DNA of 64,000 nucleotides from positions 2,294,001-2,358,000 of the forward strand of contig OZ024752.1 in the NCBI GenBank assembly GCA_964016885.1, in the 5' to 3' direction. The position numbers and the translations under genes were made by a program. Source of the DNA: Eledone cirrhosa. Lineage: Eukaryota. The notes below the pieces were generated by a model. That model was not told the origin of the DNA. It was given only the letters and a program-made list of their open reading frames with translations, and did no database searches. Within the stretch, counting starts at the first letter, position 1. Every line of letters begins with the position of its first letter. This document shows, piece by piece, positions 42,161-55,049 of this stretch.

Positions 42161-43361
42161 GTGTTGTTATTATTATCATTATTGTCAATACTGTTGATAA
42201 TAATATTGTGCTTCATGCTGTTACCGTTGAGTTGTATGCCATTTTGGTTTTGTGTCATGTTTCTAAGTTTAACGTGTTTCTAAAGACCACTCAGAACTGG
42301 AACCATTGAGATTCTCTAGCCTGTTTGAATGCCAAAGACAAGTATCAGTAGTGTGTCAAGTAGTTTAAATATAGTGACTAGGTGACCTATCACTGAAGAC
42401 AAATGTCATCCATCATTCTTCATTTCAATTCATGGAAAATTTGGAAAGCTTCAATTGCGAATGCAGGGAAGGGGTAACTCAGCGATGGAAATGTGACTTT
42501 TCTATTGCATGCTGCAATGAAACTATTTGCGGTTAACAAGAAATATATGAAGTTTCAAGTAGTGAAAAAGTGCAAACTTAACGTGTTTATTTGTATGAAA
42601 TTCAATTTCTAATCGACAAGAGACTTTTCAGAAGATATGTCAGAGACTGGCGTATTCTGTTATGTTATTGTTATTTTATTGTGTTTTTCTTAGTTTGCTT
42701 TATTAGCCTGTGTATATATTCTCAATTATCTTGAAACACCTTTAATGATAATGTACATTCCGTCGTGCTGAGATCAAAATCCAAGAACATTTTACGTGTA
42801 GCAATGTTTACAGAAATGTAAACAAATAATATTAATTCAACTTGACAGCGAAGAGTTTATACGACTTATAATATATACGTATACAGAATCGATATATGTG
42901 TATATGTGCACACATCCATAATATATATATATATATACAAAGGAAGGAAATAAAGGTAAACTGGAATGAATGTGTATATCTCTATTGTCTAGTTTATTTA
43001 ATATGAGATAAACAACATTATGTTTCTTAAGATTTACTGCATTTCTGATTATTTGGTGCTATGTTTTATCAGATCCCTTCTGATCCAGCAAATTTATCGT
43101 TATATTCCTCTATCCATGAACATCTAAAATATTTTTAACAACTTCTCCTGAATTAGTCTATGGAATGTTAATTCCTATATCAGTTCAGTATTTGAGATTT
43201 CATATAATATTTTACTGTTCTGTATCGATGTTCCATTTCGATTCTAATTTTCTTTTCTGGAAATATATAACCTAACGTATTTTACTAAAACGAATTTTTA
43301 TTATTTTATCTTTTTTAATTATAATTATCATATTCAAGCTAAAACGTTGAATGTATAACAT

Positions 43362-43538
43362 AATTGTTTCTACTATTGGCACAAGGCAAGCAATTATCAG
43401 TACATTACTGGTACTTTATTGTGTCGACCCCGTAAGGATGAAAGGCAAAGTTAACCTCGGCGGGATTTGAACTCAGAATGGCAAGGGCCCTAATTCTATG
43501 CGTCAAAGCATAGCGTCCGATCGTCTACCGATACTGCC
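43362..43538 (-). mobile_element. tRNA-SINE
   Basis: Homologous to 5951-6130. Confidence 0.85.
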
Positions 43539-45716
43539 GAAATTTTGTAACATCTAAAATCCTCTCAAACCATATTCTGGCGTCTTTAGTAAAGAAGTAT
43601 AAAATTGACAATAGCAGTAACTCATATACTACCGTACGTAATAGCCAGATATCTAACATTTTAATCAGTTTTGATCCACGCGTTAATAGACATAAAAAAA
43701 TAAGTTTCTGATCCATTAACTGTTCATAGATTCATGATAAAATATAATCCTACATATTTAGGTTGTAATGCTTGTCACATGACTTTTATCCGCAGGATTA
43801 CTGATACAACATTTAAAGTGGTATGTTGATATCGTTTATGTTTATTGATATGATACTGATAGTTAATTTTTAACTTTTTAAAAATACCGTTAACGTCATC
43901 GTTACAACTGAGAGTTGTATGAGTGTCTAACGTCTCACATCCAACTTAGAGACATTTTCATGCATTTATTTTGTCATATGTCAAACACGTAAACCTTTAC
44001 TTCTGTAGTATTTCTGTTAACAAATGTAATTTACCGCATAGAGATTTTCTGATCTTTGACAGCTGAAATACGCTCTCGATATAATATTTTGTCTGTGTTG
44101 ATATGTCAACATGAAAATATTATTTTGTTATTTGCGCATTAATATTCCTTAATGCTACAACTAATGCTCTTTCGCTTTGATTATGAGAACATAAGTAACA
44201 TCTGCACTGTGTTGCAGCATGCTATTATTAAATTAATCTTCCTGTTTCTGGTAGGATACTGTGTCCTCCATCATAGTAGCAACTGAATTCAGATTAACGT
44301 CAGTATATTTGAATATACGTTTTATTTTGTTCGAAGAAAAAACAAAATATGTCTATATAATTTCCACCATAATGATAAGCAAATCCGGGAAATTATAGAT
44401 ATCTTGTTCTTTTTGAAAGTCCTCCCCATTCATCGGGGAAACTAAAAACAAGAGGCACATACAATAAACACGTGAAAACAAAAGATTCATTGCATTATAT
44501 ATTCAATAGCTGCTGATAGCTTCACACTATGGACTCGTGCATCAGATATATTAATCGTGGCAACCGAATCATCAATTTCCAGATTGCAGCCTTCAAGACT
44601 TCATACTGTATGAAGAATTAAGTGACAATTATAACATCAGGTTAATTAGAAGCCCTTGACTGATATTTGGTAGATGTGTTCCAAACTAGTAACGTTTTAT
44701 GTTCATCGATGATAGAAATAAGCCATCATCCTCTTTAAAGCTAGCATTTAATTAGTGGTTAAATTCAGTGTCTTCACCCTCGAGCATAATTTGTTTTAGG
44801 ATGTGTGTCTTTGAAGACTGTGTACCCTTATTCCATCCTGATTAAATGTTTATGTAAATAATCCTTAAGCATTATAATTATTCCTGTGACCAGGTAATTA
44901 AAACATGTGCTTCTATCACGGAAAGATTCAAGTCGGAATTTCTAATTTTAACATAAGAGCCCTAATATTTGAAATCTATTTGTCTATTCGTTTGAAATAT
45001 TACTCACCCAAACATAATATAAAACAATGTGCAATTGGCGTCAAAGTGAGAATAGCAAATGTCACAGCTACAATATTCACACGATTAATGTTATTTCATT
45101 CAATGTTATTTTGTTATATTATATGTAAAACGAAACGAATTGTGAAAATATAAACTAAACCAAGAAAATAGAATGACATTCGTATTGTTGTTTAATGTAT
45201 TTTCCAGTTATTTATTTTTTCTGGAAATGACAGTTTCCATAAAACATCTACTTAATTTAAGTGTTGATTAAAATGATATTATCCTGATTAATATCATCGA
45301 AACTTGAAACGAAATTGATAATGCGTTACTAATATATCTACACGATGAAAAATAATACAAGCTTTAATACACTACACTTTGATGTTGTTTATTTCAGTGA
45401 AAATGTAACACCTGACAAAAGGAAACAATTCCAGATCTCCTTTCTCAATTTTCTCTAGTCAACATATCTTTATTTATTTTACCAGATTACTAGAAAATAA
45501 ATCGGGAATCAGTAATATTTCAGGACGGCGTATCACTGTATGAAACAACATTAAAGCGTTGTAAATTGCAACCTGCATAATTTGTACTTTTTTGTATATT
45601 ATGGAAATAAATATTAACAAATTCATTGTTATAATGACATTGTCACGTGCGTAGGTTTATAAATGTCAGGCAAACTTTTAGATACCTTAGGTAATCCAAT
45701 TGTATTTAAAACATTG

Positions 45717-45772
<56 letters not shown>

Positions 45773-45960
45773 GATACATCTACCAAAATATACGGTAGTG
45801 TACAATCCGTATGAAGAACTCAATGTAATCCAAATATCATGAAAAGAGAAGATACATTAAAACATTTTCGATGAAAATCACAGGAAAACAGAGTCAAGAT
45901 AAATATATATATATAATAATAATAATAATAATAAAATATGTAGAGGAAGCACACGAGTTA

Positions 45961-45990
<30 letters not shown>

Positions 45991-45992
<2 letters not shown>

Positions 45993-46273
45993 GAAAACGG
46001 ACAAAAAGACGATTATTAGGAAGAAAAATATATTTGTTTCCCTTTTTATTTATTTCTGAAACCGATAATAGACAATTATTAAATATATAAATAATAAATA
46101 AATAAATGCCATTGTTAATTAATAAATAAATCAAATAATGCCTTAACACTTCACACAAAGTAAAATATTTCGTTTTTATCATTTTCTAATCCAGAAAATA
46201 GAGAGAAATAAATAAAAAGGGAAAAAAAATATATTTGCCTTCCTAATAATCATCTTTTTCTCCCTGTTTTCAT
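45991..46273. repeat. Inverted repeat, ~68-bp arms with AT-rich spacer
   Basis: 45991-46057 is approximately the reverse complement of 46204-46273. Confidence 0.75.
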
Positions 46274-47576
46274 ACAAATGAACTGGTACTGGAATAAGGT
46301 CATCAAACCTTCAATGATATTCCCCTCTTCCCCATCAAGAAATATTATGTTAGTGTATAATTTTTTTTTTTTTTCATATTAGATCTTTAATTTTCAACGT
46401 TTTTGAAGCAATGTAAAATATATTGAATTGTACATATCTGTTAGATTGATGTAAACTGCACCATCATGAGCAGATTTATATAGTTAGAAATATGATTATA
46501 TTAAATTGAAGTTTTCGGCTAACTTATATTAATCTTTGGCGAAAGTTGAAATTATGTCTAACTGATAAATGTTACTCACCTAACAGAAATGATATGGAAT
46601 TGAACCTGACAAATTTTATGTCGGCATTCAGAATATGAATTATACACGAGCATAATTTCATATGGTTTTTCACTATTCAGTTGTTTAAAATGACGAATTT
46701 TACATTTCAATCAACATATTCCATCACAATTACATTAATACCTGGGGCTTCCTTGTTGAGATTCAATTTTAAAACATGAAACCAACAAAATGTCAGTCAA
46801 TTTCAAGTATTGTATTTTTGTTCAGAGCAATTCTTTATATTCAAGGTAGGATAATTTGAAAGAAATCTCTTGCAAATATTACAGCGATTTACAGTTATCA
46901 TGTCGTAAAATTATAAAAGAATAGTTGCTTTCAAAAGTATGTTGAGCTATGAATATATTGCAATTTCACATGATTCAGGTTGGGTTGGTTTGGGATTAAC
47001 GGTGATTGCAGACATGTCAGATTGTTACACTGGGATAGTGCTGTGGCGTTGAAATAATTTTATCCTTTTAGCCACGTTATAATTGGTGTAGATTAGTACG
47101 CAATGTGTTCGTAGTCGATAATATATATGGTTTATTTTTTTCTCTTATACTGAAACTGTGTAATATGTCAGCTGCAACTTGAAAATCATATTCATAATTA
47201 GAGCGGGTTGGTGGTTCGGTATATTGTCTATTGGTCTGGGAATACAGATGATCACTGAGGTAGGAAATACAGATAATGTATTGAATGGTGTATAGATTTT
47301 GATATTGTAATTGATTTTATTGTAATGAGTGTATTACTTACGTATTTGGCATTTGATTGTCTTATCCACCTGGTGTTGTAACCAGAGTAAGGTACTCAAT
47401 ACATAGCGGAGTCGGGATAAACTTATCTTTCTGTGCCCCTCTTAATCATTACCAAGAAACCATGCTGACAAAATTCGATCTCGATATCTCATTGAAAAAC
47501 CATATTACTTGGACAGTGGGCTTCCTGATGATTTTTTCTCCCGAATGAAACAGTTCTAGTACTGTAGAAGCCATAT

Positions 47577-47640
<64 letters not shown>

Positions 47641-47644
<4 letters not shown>

Positions 47645-48275
47645 TGTATATATAGTATATGTGGCAATATACTGGATGCTTAATTAAAAGCATTTTGAAG
47701 ACGTTGCGCTATTATTTTAAGGTAGAAACCATGTCACGTACTTCTGTTTTCAACAAACACAGGGAGATAAGCTGACAGATATGTTTCATACTGTTGGTAA
47801 TCATCAGAGCTTAGCACTCGCTTTGTCTGTTGAAAATTATAAATGTTGGATTCTTATAGAATTCCAGTAATAATCAGGAACTAATTATACAGAGCGATTG
47901 CCGATCCATCAAAGATTGAAAGTTAGAATTGGTGCTCTGAAATACCGATGAATGTATATATAGTATATTTGACAATGTATATATAGTATATTTGGCAATA
48001 AGCTTAAAAGCATTTTGAAGACCTTGCGCTATTATTTTAAAGTAGTGACCACGTCACTTACTTCTCTTTTCAACAAACAAACAAAGGGAGATAAGCTGAC
48101 AGATCTGTTTCATATCTCCCATTGTTTGTTGAAAAAAGAAGTAAGGGATATGGTCACTACTTTAAAATAATAGCGCAAGGTCTTCAAAATGCGTTTAATT
48201 AAGCATACAGTATATTGTCAAATATACTATATATACATTCATGTATACATCGCTATTTCAGGTCACCAATTCTAA
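47641..48275 (-). mobile_element. Penelope-like module: direct tandem plus inverted copy
   Basis: 47641-47790 is repeated at 47949-48114. 48113-48275 is inverted relative to ~47923-48093. (TA)n flanks. Confidence 0.8.
47769..47812 (-). ncRNA. Type I hammerhead ribozyme
   Basis: AAGCT-CTGATGA-TTAC CAACA GTAT-GAAA-CATATCTG-TC-AGCTT. The truncated second copy has a palindromic CAGATCTG. Confidence 0.82.
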
Positions 48276-48279
48276 TATA

Positions 48280-48388
<109 letters not shown>

Positions 48389-48510
48389 ATATAAACGTTT
48401 GAATATGTATAATAAAGCCAAAACAATGCAGGTATGGACATAGATAAAGAATGCAAATGCAAAAGATATTGTTGAAAATTCGTCTTTTACCTTAGATTTA
48501 TTTTAAACGT

Positions 48511-48545
48511 CCTTAATTTTCGAGATAATATCTCTTCTTCAGAGG
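48511..48545 (-). ncRNA. Minimal type I hammerhead ribozyme
   Basis: Mirror of 48690-48724. Confidence 0.75.
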
Positions 48546-48689
48546 GAAATAAAGGTCTCAAACCAGCGTTCTAAATACCTTGCCAAGCCATGCTGACAGG
48601 AAATAGTATAGAGTATCTGTTCCCTATACTATTTCCTGTCAGCATGGCTTGGCAAGATATTTAGAACGCTGGTTTGAGACCTTTATTTC

Positions 48690-48724
48690 CCTCTGAAGAA
48701 GAGATATTATCTCGAAAATTAAGG
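48690..48724 (+). ncRNA. Minimal type I hammerhead ribozyme
   Basis: CCT-CTGAAGA-A GAGAT ATT ATCTC-GAAA-AT-TA-AGG. Confidence 0.78.
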
Positions 48725-48934
48725 ACGTTTAAAATAAATCTAAGGTAAAAGACGAATTTTCAACAATATCTTTTGCAATTGCATTCTTTTTCTATGTCCA
48801 TACCTGCATTGTTTTGGCTTTATTATACATATTCAAACGTTTAAACCTCATTACACAATGCTTCAAGTGAACTATAACCTCCTTCATATATATATATATA
48901 TATATAAAGAGAGAGAGAGAGAGGATAAGGAACA

Positions 48935-49008
48935 TGTGAAGTACAGTGTGAAGTACAGTGTGAAGTACAGTGTGAAGTACAGTGTGAAGTAAAATGTGAA
49001 GTAAAATG
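48935..49008. repeat. 12-bp minisatellite (TGTGAAGTACAG), about 6 copies
   Basis: Direct reading. Confidence 0.9.
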
Positions 49009-49200
49009 TTAAAGTCCTTTATAAACAAACGTTTTTTTAAAAATAACTTCGCATTTTCCTCATTCTGCATATAATCCGTCACTGACTGACAAATAATATT
49101 TGGAAGAAAAAACATGACGTTGAGTGCTTCAATCAAATTACATCATTATTTACTGCTTAGCACGTTGCATATGCAACCCAGTTTAGTCAGCATGCTTATC

Positions 49201-49243
<43 letters not shown>

Positions 49244-49245
<2 letters not shown>

Positions 49246-49447
49246 AACGAGTAGGACCACGACGGCTGAGCTCAAGCCGTTTCGACGGCTAATTCTGGAC
49301 TAATTGATTTAGTCCAGAATTAGCCGTCGAAAGGGCTTGAGCTCAGCCGTCGGGGTCCTACTCGTTCCTATTACCCACTCTACTACCTTAAGTATTGAGT
49401 ACTTTGGTGCGTTATGGTCCACCTGAATCCTTACCACATTTCCTTCG

Positions 49448-49450
<3 letters not shown>
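49244..49450 (+). mobile_element. Near-perfect 125-bp hairpin plus ~80-bp tail in (TA)n
   Basis: Arms 49244-49303 and 49309-49368. The tail is homologous to 32276-32349 and 63566-63642. Confidence 0.8.
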
Positions 49451-49498
<48 letters not shown>

Positions 49499-49528
49499 AT
49501 CAAAAGATGGTTAAATGAGTTCCATGTA

Positions 49529-49595
49529 TTTTATTATGCGCATTTCAAAAACAAATATCATCATGCAATAACATTTGTGTTTTCATCAGATGAAA
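49529..49595 (-). ncRNA. Type I hammerhead ribozyme
   Basis: Mirror of 49688-49754, with one stem I change. Confidence 0.75.
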
Positions 49596-49687
49596 TAGGA
49601 GGACATGATATGAAGGTTAAAAACACTTGTGTATAGTGCAGTTTTAAATCAACATAGTGTTTTTAACCTTCATATCATGTCCTCCTA

Positions 49688-49754
49688 TTTTATCTGATGA
49701 AAACACAAATGTCATTGCATGATGATATTTGTTTTTGAAATGCGCATAATAAAA
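49688..49754 (+). ncRNA. Type I hammerhead ribozyme
   Basis: TTTTAT-CTGATGA-...-GAAA-TGCGCA-TA-ATAAAA. Confidence 0.83.
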
Positions 49755-49879
49755 TACATGGAACTCATTTAGCCATCTTTTGATCTTATATATTATGTAT
49801 ACTCCAGTCCTACAAACTGTAGAGTGCTTCTTATCCGATATCTGCATTGCTTTATTTTACTACAATAAAACTCACCTCC

Positions 49880-49951
<72 letters not shown>

Positions 49952-49952
<1 letters not shown>

Positions 49953-50833
49953 GAGGCGTGTCAGAATAGTTCCAGGACTGATGACACAAAAGATTTATTT
50001 CAAACCTAAACTTCACACTAAGAGTTTTCTCCTTGAAAGTAATCCCCCTGGAATCTAATACTCTTTTCCATGCTTTTCTGCCACGCTTGCATGCACTCCT
50101 GGAAGGATTCTTCCGGTATCCTCCGCAGTTCCGTCGTCAAGGCCTTGTTGATGTCGTCCACGTCTTCAAAACGGGTCCCCTCCGGGTCGTACTTGAAGAT
50201 CTATGACTCATCACCGGTTATGGCTGTCTCTAGCAAGTCTGGTTCGGTTTCAAGACGCTCGAGAATGTCCTGGCACACTTGTATGCGTCGACCCTTCTGG
50301 TCATCGTTCATCAGTTTTGGCACCATCTTCGCGCAGACTTTCCGCATGTTCAAATCTTCAGTGAGAATCTACCGGATGCTGTCCCGATTCATGCCCAGCT
50401 TATTTGCCATCAGTCGAACAGTCAGCCAAACGATCGCTACGCACCATCTGCCTGAAAGCTCAACGTTGACCTTAGTCCTGGTTGCTGAGGGACTTCCGCT
50501 CCTGGAGTCATCTTGCACGACCGAAAAACACGCGAGCGTGACATCGTCTCATATCCATACACTTGCTGCAGCAATTCCAGTGCTTCTGACGGAGTTTTCC
50601 ACAACCGTATCAGAAACTTAAAGTTTGTTTGATGCTCTGTGCTCATTGCTTGACGATCTGAAAGAGAGGACATCGATATCAAATTATGAAGAAAAAGATT
50701 GATCGCTGCAGAGAGCTAAGTTTAGAGTTACATACTCCAGGGTGATTACTTTGAAGGGGATAACTCTTTGGTGAAGTTTGGGTTTGAAATAAATCTTTTG
50801 TGACATCAGTCCTGGAACTTTCTACACACCTCG
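49952..50833 (-). mobile_element. Internally deleted mariner (Tc1/mariner) transposon
   Basis: TA-flanked TIRs (CGAGG.GTGT..). Transposase pieces EHQTNFKFL..VYGYETMSRSRVF, RKVCAKMVPK, AITGDES and GDYFQG. Confidence 0.9.
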
Positions 50834-53800
50834 TATATATATATAGTTGTTTTAGGGATGCTGGTAAATGCGTCCGTAGGCGATATGCCGTTTGAGCACT
50901 CGATGCTCGCGCAGAGCAGATGTATACTATTATATATATATAGGTGTTCTTTTTGAAGATTCGTATGTTATGCATGTACCATAAATAATATCGAAGTTAC
51001 TGACTTAGATGCTGTTATTGTTAATACCACTGTTGTCGATAGAGTTCTAGATATTGATCTTTGCAGAAATATTTGATTAGACCTGATGAGAAATCATGTT
51101 GTGTTTTTTTACATGACAAACACAAAACTAATGTTGTTGATTAGTTTTGTTAACTATCTTAAACTCTTAAATATTTTTCTTCATAAATAAGTTTTTGTCC
51201 TAATGAAATTAAAATAGAACCAACATGGACTAATATCAAATACAATGTTGTTAAGATAACAGTAGTATATCTTACGATTTCCCATGTGTTCTCGCTTTGT
51301 CATAATTCAATTAAACTATGTTAATTTCATTGAATTTGAAACAGCTAATCCGAGCCATCTGTTAAACAACCACTAATCAATTGAAAAAAATATTAGCAAT
51401 TATTATTGTATCTTTGTCTATTTTACTTTATTAAACCACAAGAGACTCAACGTAAAACAGGTTTCTGTGTTCTTTACAAATCATCTTGTAACATCTCTGT
51501 TTTTTTAAGGTTTCGTTTCTTGTTTTGAGACAACGAAAGATGATCATCAATCATTCTGGATATGAATACAATTAATACTACAAACAGTTTGTTCATATTG
51601 AATATGAATAGAATTCCTCCAAATTGTAAACTAAAGCAATTCATAAAGCATAGATTAATTATTGGAGTAAAAAATGATCGTGGGTTCTGAATAAATAAAA
51701 AAGTAATTTTCTGTATTCAAATTTGTGTGGTCTAGGTGTATGGTTAATTTTCATTAGTTTTTTTATTTTTCGTTTCAGTTTATGATGAGTTGGCTAACTT
51801 ACCATCCAACACATGTATACAGCTCTGTATTATATATTGTACAGGAGGTAAAGTTAGACGGTTACTGTATATGTACATTACACACTCGTGCATTTTGGCA
51901 GTATACATTTATGTCCTCCTCAGTGTGAGATGTTTCATCAATAAGTATGCTCAACAACACAATAAGTAGTTGGCGCTATGATTGTATATCAATATGACTT
52001 GAACAACCAAGACAAATGTTCCTCATATATGCAACATAGTCTAGAGTATTTAGCATCAACTACCTGGCTGGCCATTCAATGTTTTTAGAAACACGCAATT
52101 AGATGCAGTTAGAAAATTGACATGTTTCTTGTAGCACCAAATTGGTTAACCGTTTTTTGTAATAATGCGTGTTATAAATATTGACCTGGGAGATACGAGG
52201 AAATTCGGTTGCCACTTTAAACATTCCCACATTAGAGGGAATATGGGGAGTATTGCTTAAAACGAAAAAAAAAACGCCAAGAATGCTGAAGCAGATAGTT
52301 GTATATGAAACTAGTTACTACAATTTGTGTTCATCATATTTAGCTATGTATTCACTGGAATGCATTGTATCAACTGAGAGTTCGGGTTGTTTATATAAAT
52401 GAACTAAACGAACGGGATTACATGTACAGATACATACTCTATATATGTGTGTATATGTGTGTACGTCTGCATGCATATTTTTGTGGGTGTGTTGGAGTTT
52501 ATAAAAGTAGGAATATGGGAATATGATGTGTTTTCGAAACTTTAGCAACTTGTTTGATTTGACGATACAAAAATTGGCTCTTTCGAATGCTCCATATGAT
52601 TCTTCAATTCATTTCCATCAACATTCTTTGAATACATAATATGAAATCGTTATTTCACACAGTCTTTCTCAATGAAAATATAGCGTTTACATTTTCTCTC
52701 TGTATATGTGATTCGTATCCATTCTTCTCTTGCTTTACCACTATTCTTCACTTATTGATGTCTTTTCTCTCGTTTGCTTTAGTCAAGAGAAAACTTAATA
52801 AAGAATGAATAAACATTGTTCATGGACGCTGTGAAGTTGATGTGGACACAAATTTAAAATGGCGGTTTAGATAAATATAGAATTGTTGTGCATTAGTGAA
52901 GGAGAGGAAGACCAGCGTTTCAATGTAAATAACTGAAGAATAAAAACGAAATAGAGGTGTGGAAAAAATCGAGATATCAATAAATAACGCAAATAAAAGG
53001 AAAAAAAACCTAATTCAATTAAGCAAGAAATGTGTAATTTAATTTAAAATCTAATGATCTGCAAGTTTACGTGACTGATCATCATTGCTTCTGTCCTGTG
53101 AGACCGAAGAGCATTACAAGTGCAGAACATTTAAATAGATTGATATGTTAGAGCTGAACTTGTTACACATGTTGTGCATTATAACAGATTGCGTGGAGTA
53201 AGAAAACAGTTATCATTTATATTCTTTTTTCAAATTTCGAATTCATGATTTTATTGCATTATTTAATTACCATTTTCATGTATTGAATTGTCAAAATGAC
53301 AAGGAAAAATTACTAGGTTATTTAGCATTGATTTCTGGTATTTTCATGTTATATCTTGATTAGATCTCTGTACACTAGAGTAGCAAAACATTTATTCACT
53401 CTCAGGACTTGCATCATCCTATGATGTGGTTTTCTTTAAATAGTATAACTATTACAGAGGATGTTGCCTGTACTATACAAAATCCTGCCAGAGACCGTTG
53501 CCTTCATATTTAATACTAATGAAAATTAACTACAGATAAAACCAAAAGAAAATCAAAACCTTAACCAAAAAATGTTTCTAATTTGAAAACAGAATTTTCG
53601 AATTAGCTGTCGCTTATAACCCCAAATCAGATAGAAATAGGATAGTTGATTGCGTATATTTAGGATATGAATATTCCATGCCTATATCAAATACTACATT
53701 ATAAGAGGAGATCTTACTTTTGTAAGAGAACAGGGTGCAATCTGGTGGATCTACTCCCGGTAATTATAGCAACTGAAGCAACCATATCTAGGTTTCGTTC

Positions 53801-55049
53801 ATTTACTCACCATAGTGATAGTTAAATTATTCATTCATAACAAAGAAACCCCAACAACCGCCCACAGTATAAATACCACACTAGCATCTTTATGACAATT
53901 AATATTCAGAGATGTAATATTTTGGATTCACCTTATGGTTAAGAAATAACAATTATATTTTGGCTAATAATTTAGATTTACTACTTTCCAATGATTTCCA
54001 GCTGGAAATATATCGATTATTAGTATTTTGATTTTACTTTAAAGGTGATATGATTGTACGACAAATGAAATTATTACTTCATACATGTTTGCTAATTATA
54101 AAACACTAAAACTCCCCATTAATATATTATATAACGTGTTAAATATAGGATGATTGTTATACTTTCACTTATCTCTGTTATAACTCACCTTATCTTCATT
54201 ATCATAAATGCATAGAAAACAAGCATTACAGCATTGAATGGAAAACAAATCATAAGATAATTAGGTGAGTTAGTTGTTTTCGATCTTCAATCGAAAGGAG
54301 TTGTTAAGTTATTTATCGCTAATAGATTCATTTCATAATGTTGCTAATGCTGTCACTGAAGGTGCGTGTACTTTTGCAGTCATGGTTATTTACGATTTAA
54401 CATAAATATATTTTGATGTTGGTTGTTACTATTTTCGTTATTTTGCGGTTTGATGCTGTTTTCGTTGTGGTTGAATCATCGACGATTGTTGACGATAGTC
54501 ATTGGGTTGTAGTGTCTTTTACGTGTTGATTAGTATGGTTGAAAACTGACCAGGTCCAATAATGAATGGCTGCAGACTAACGAGGTAAATCAAACTTTTA
54601 AGTTTGATATCTTTATTTCTATGACATACTATACGACTAATTCATGTAACAGCAAATAACACACCACCAATACAAAATACATTTCATATAATAGAGAAGG
54701 CTTCCCCGACAGAATGATGAATGAAGTATTCACAGGGAAGTATTTAGTGATGTTGAAATGTGTGAGTGAATGTATAAATGGGCTGCTGGGTGAGATACGA
54801 GATTGCGAAGGCTGGGCGGATTAGAGTACTGTGGGCGGGCAGCAATAATGCTTTATTGACCACTGGGTGCCACAATAAAATGTCAATTGTCCAGTGTCTC
54901 CGAGACCTGTAGAGTGAAGGGAAGAGATGGAAGGGAGCACAAGTAAATTTGAGCTGCGCTTAAATACGCTTCATGATAGTTGTGTCCTATTACGACGTTA
55001 TGGATATATTTACAATAGTTTATAACTTTGCCTATTAATCCGTATGGTG

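Larger units (their letters stand above)
48392..48886 (+). mobile_element. Fold-back module, ~220-bp arms plus ~43-bp tail
   Basis: 48392-48611 and 48624-48843 are near-perfect reverse complements around a 12-bp loop. Confidence 0.88.
49497..49883 (+). mobile_element. Second copy of the 3493-3918 fold-back family
   Basis: Arms 49497-49627 and 49656-49786. Same outer ends as the first copy but a different central junction. Confidence 0.88.

Noticed and set aside
48935-49008. Regular short repeats that could be mistaken for a CRISPR array
   Set aside because: Contiguous 12-bp units with no spacers, in a eukaryotic context.
51080-51925. CTGATGA at ~51083 and CTGAGGA (minus strand) at ~51918
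   Set aside because: GAAA is absent or misplaced and the stems are weak; consistent with chance in AT-rich DNA.
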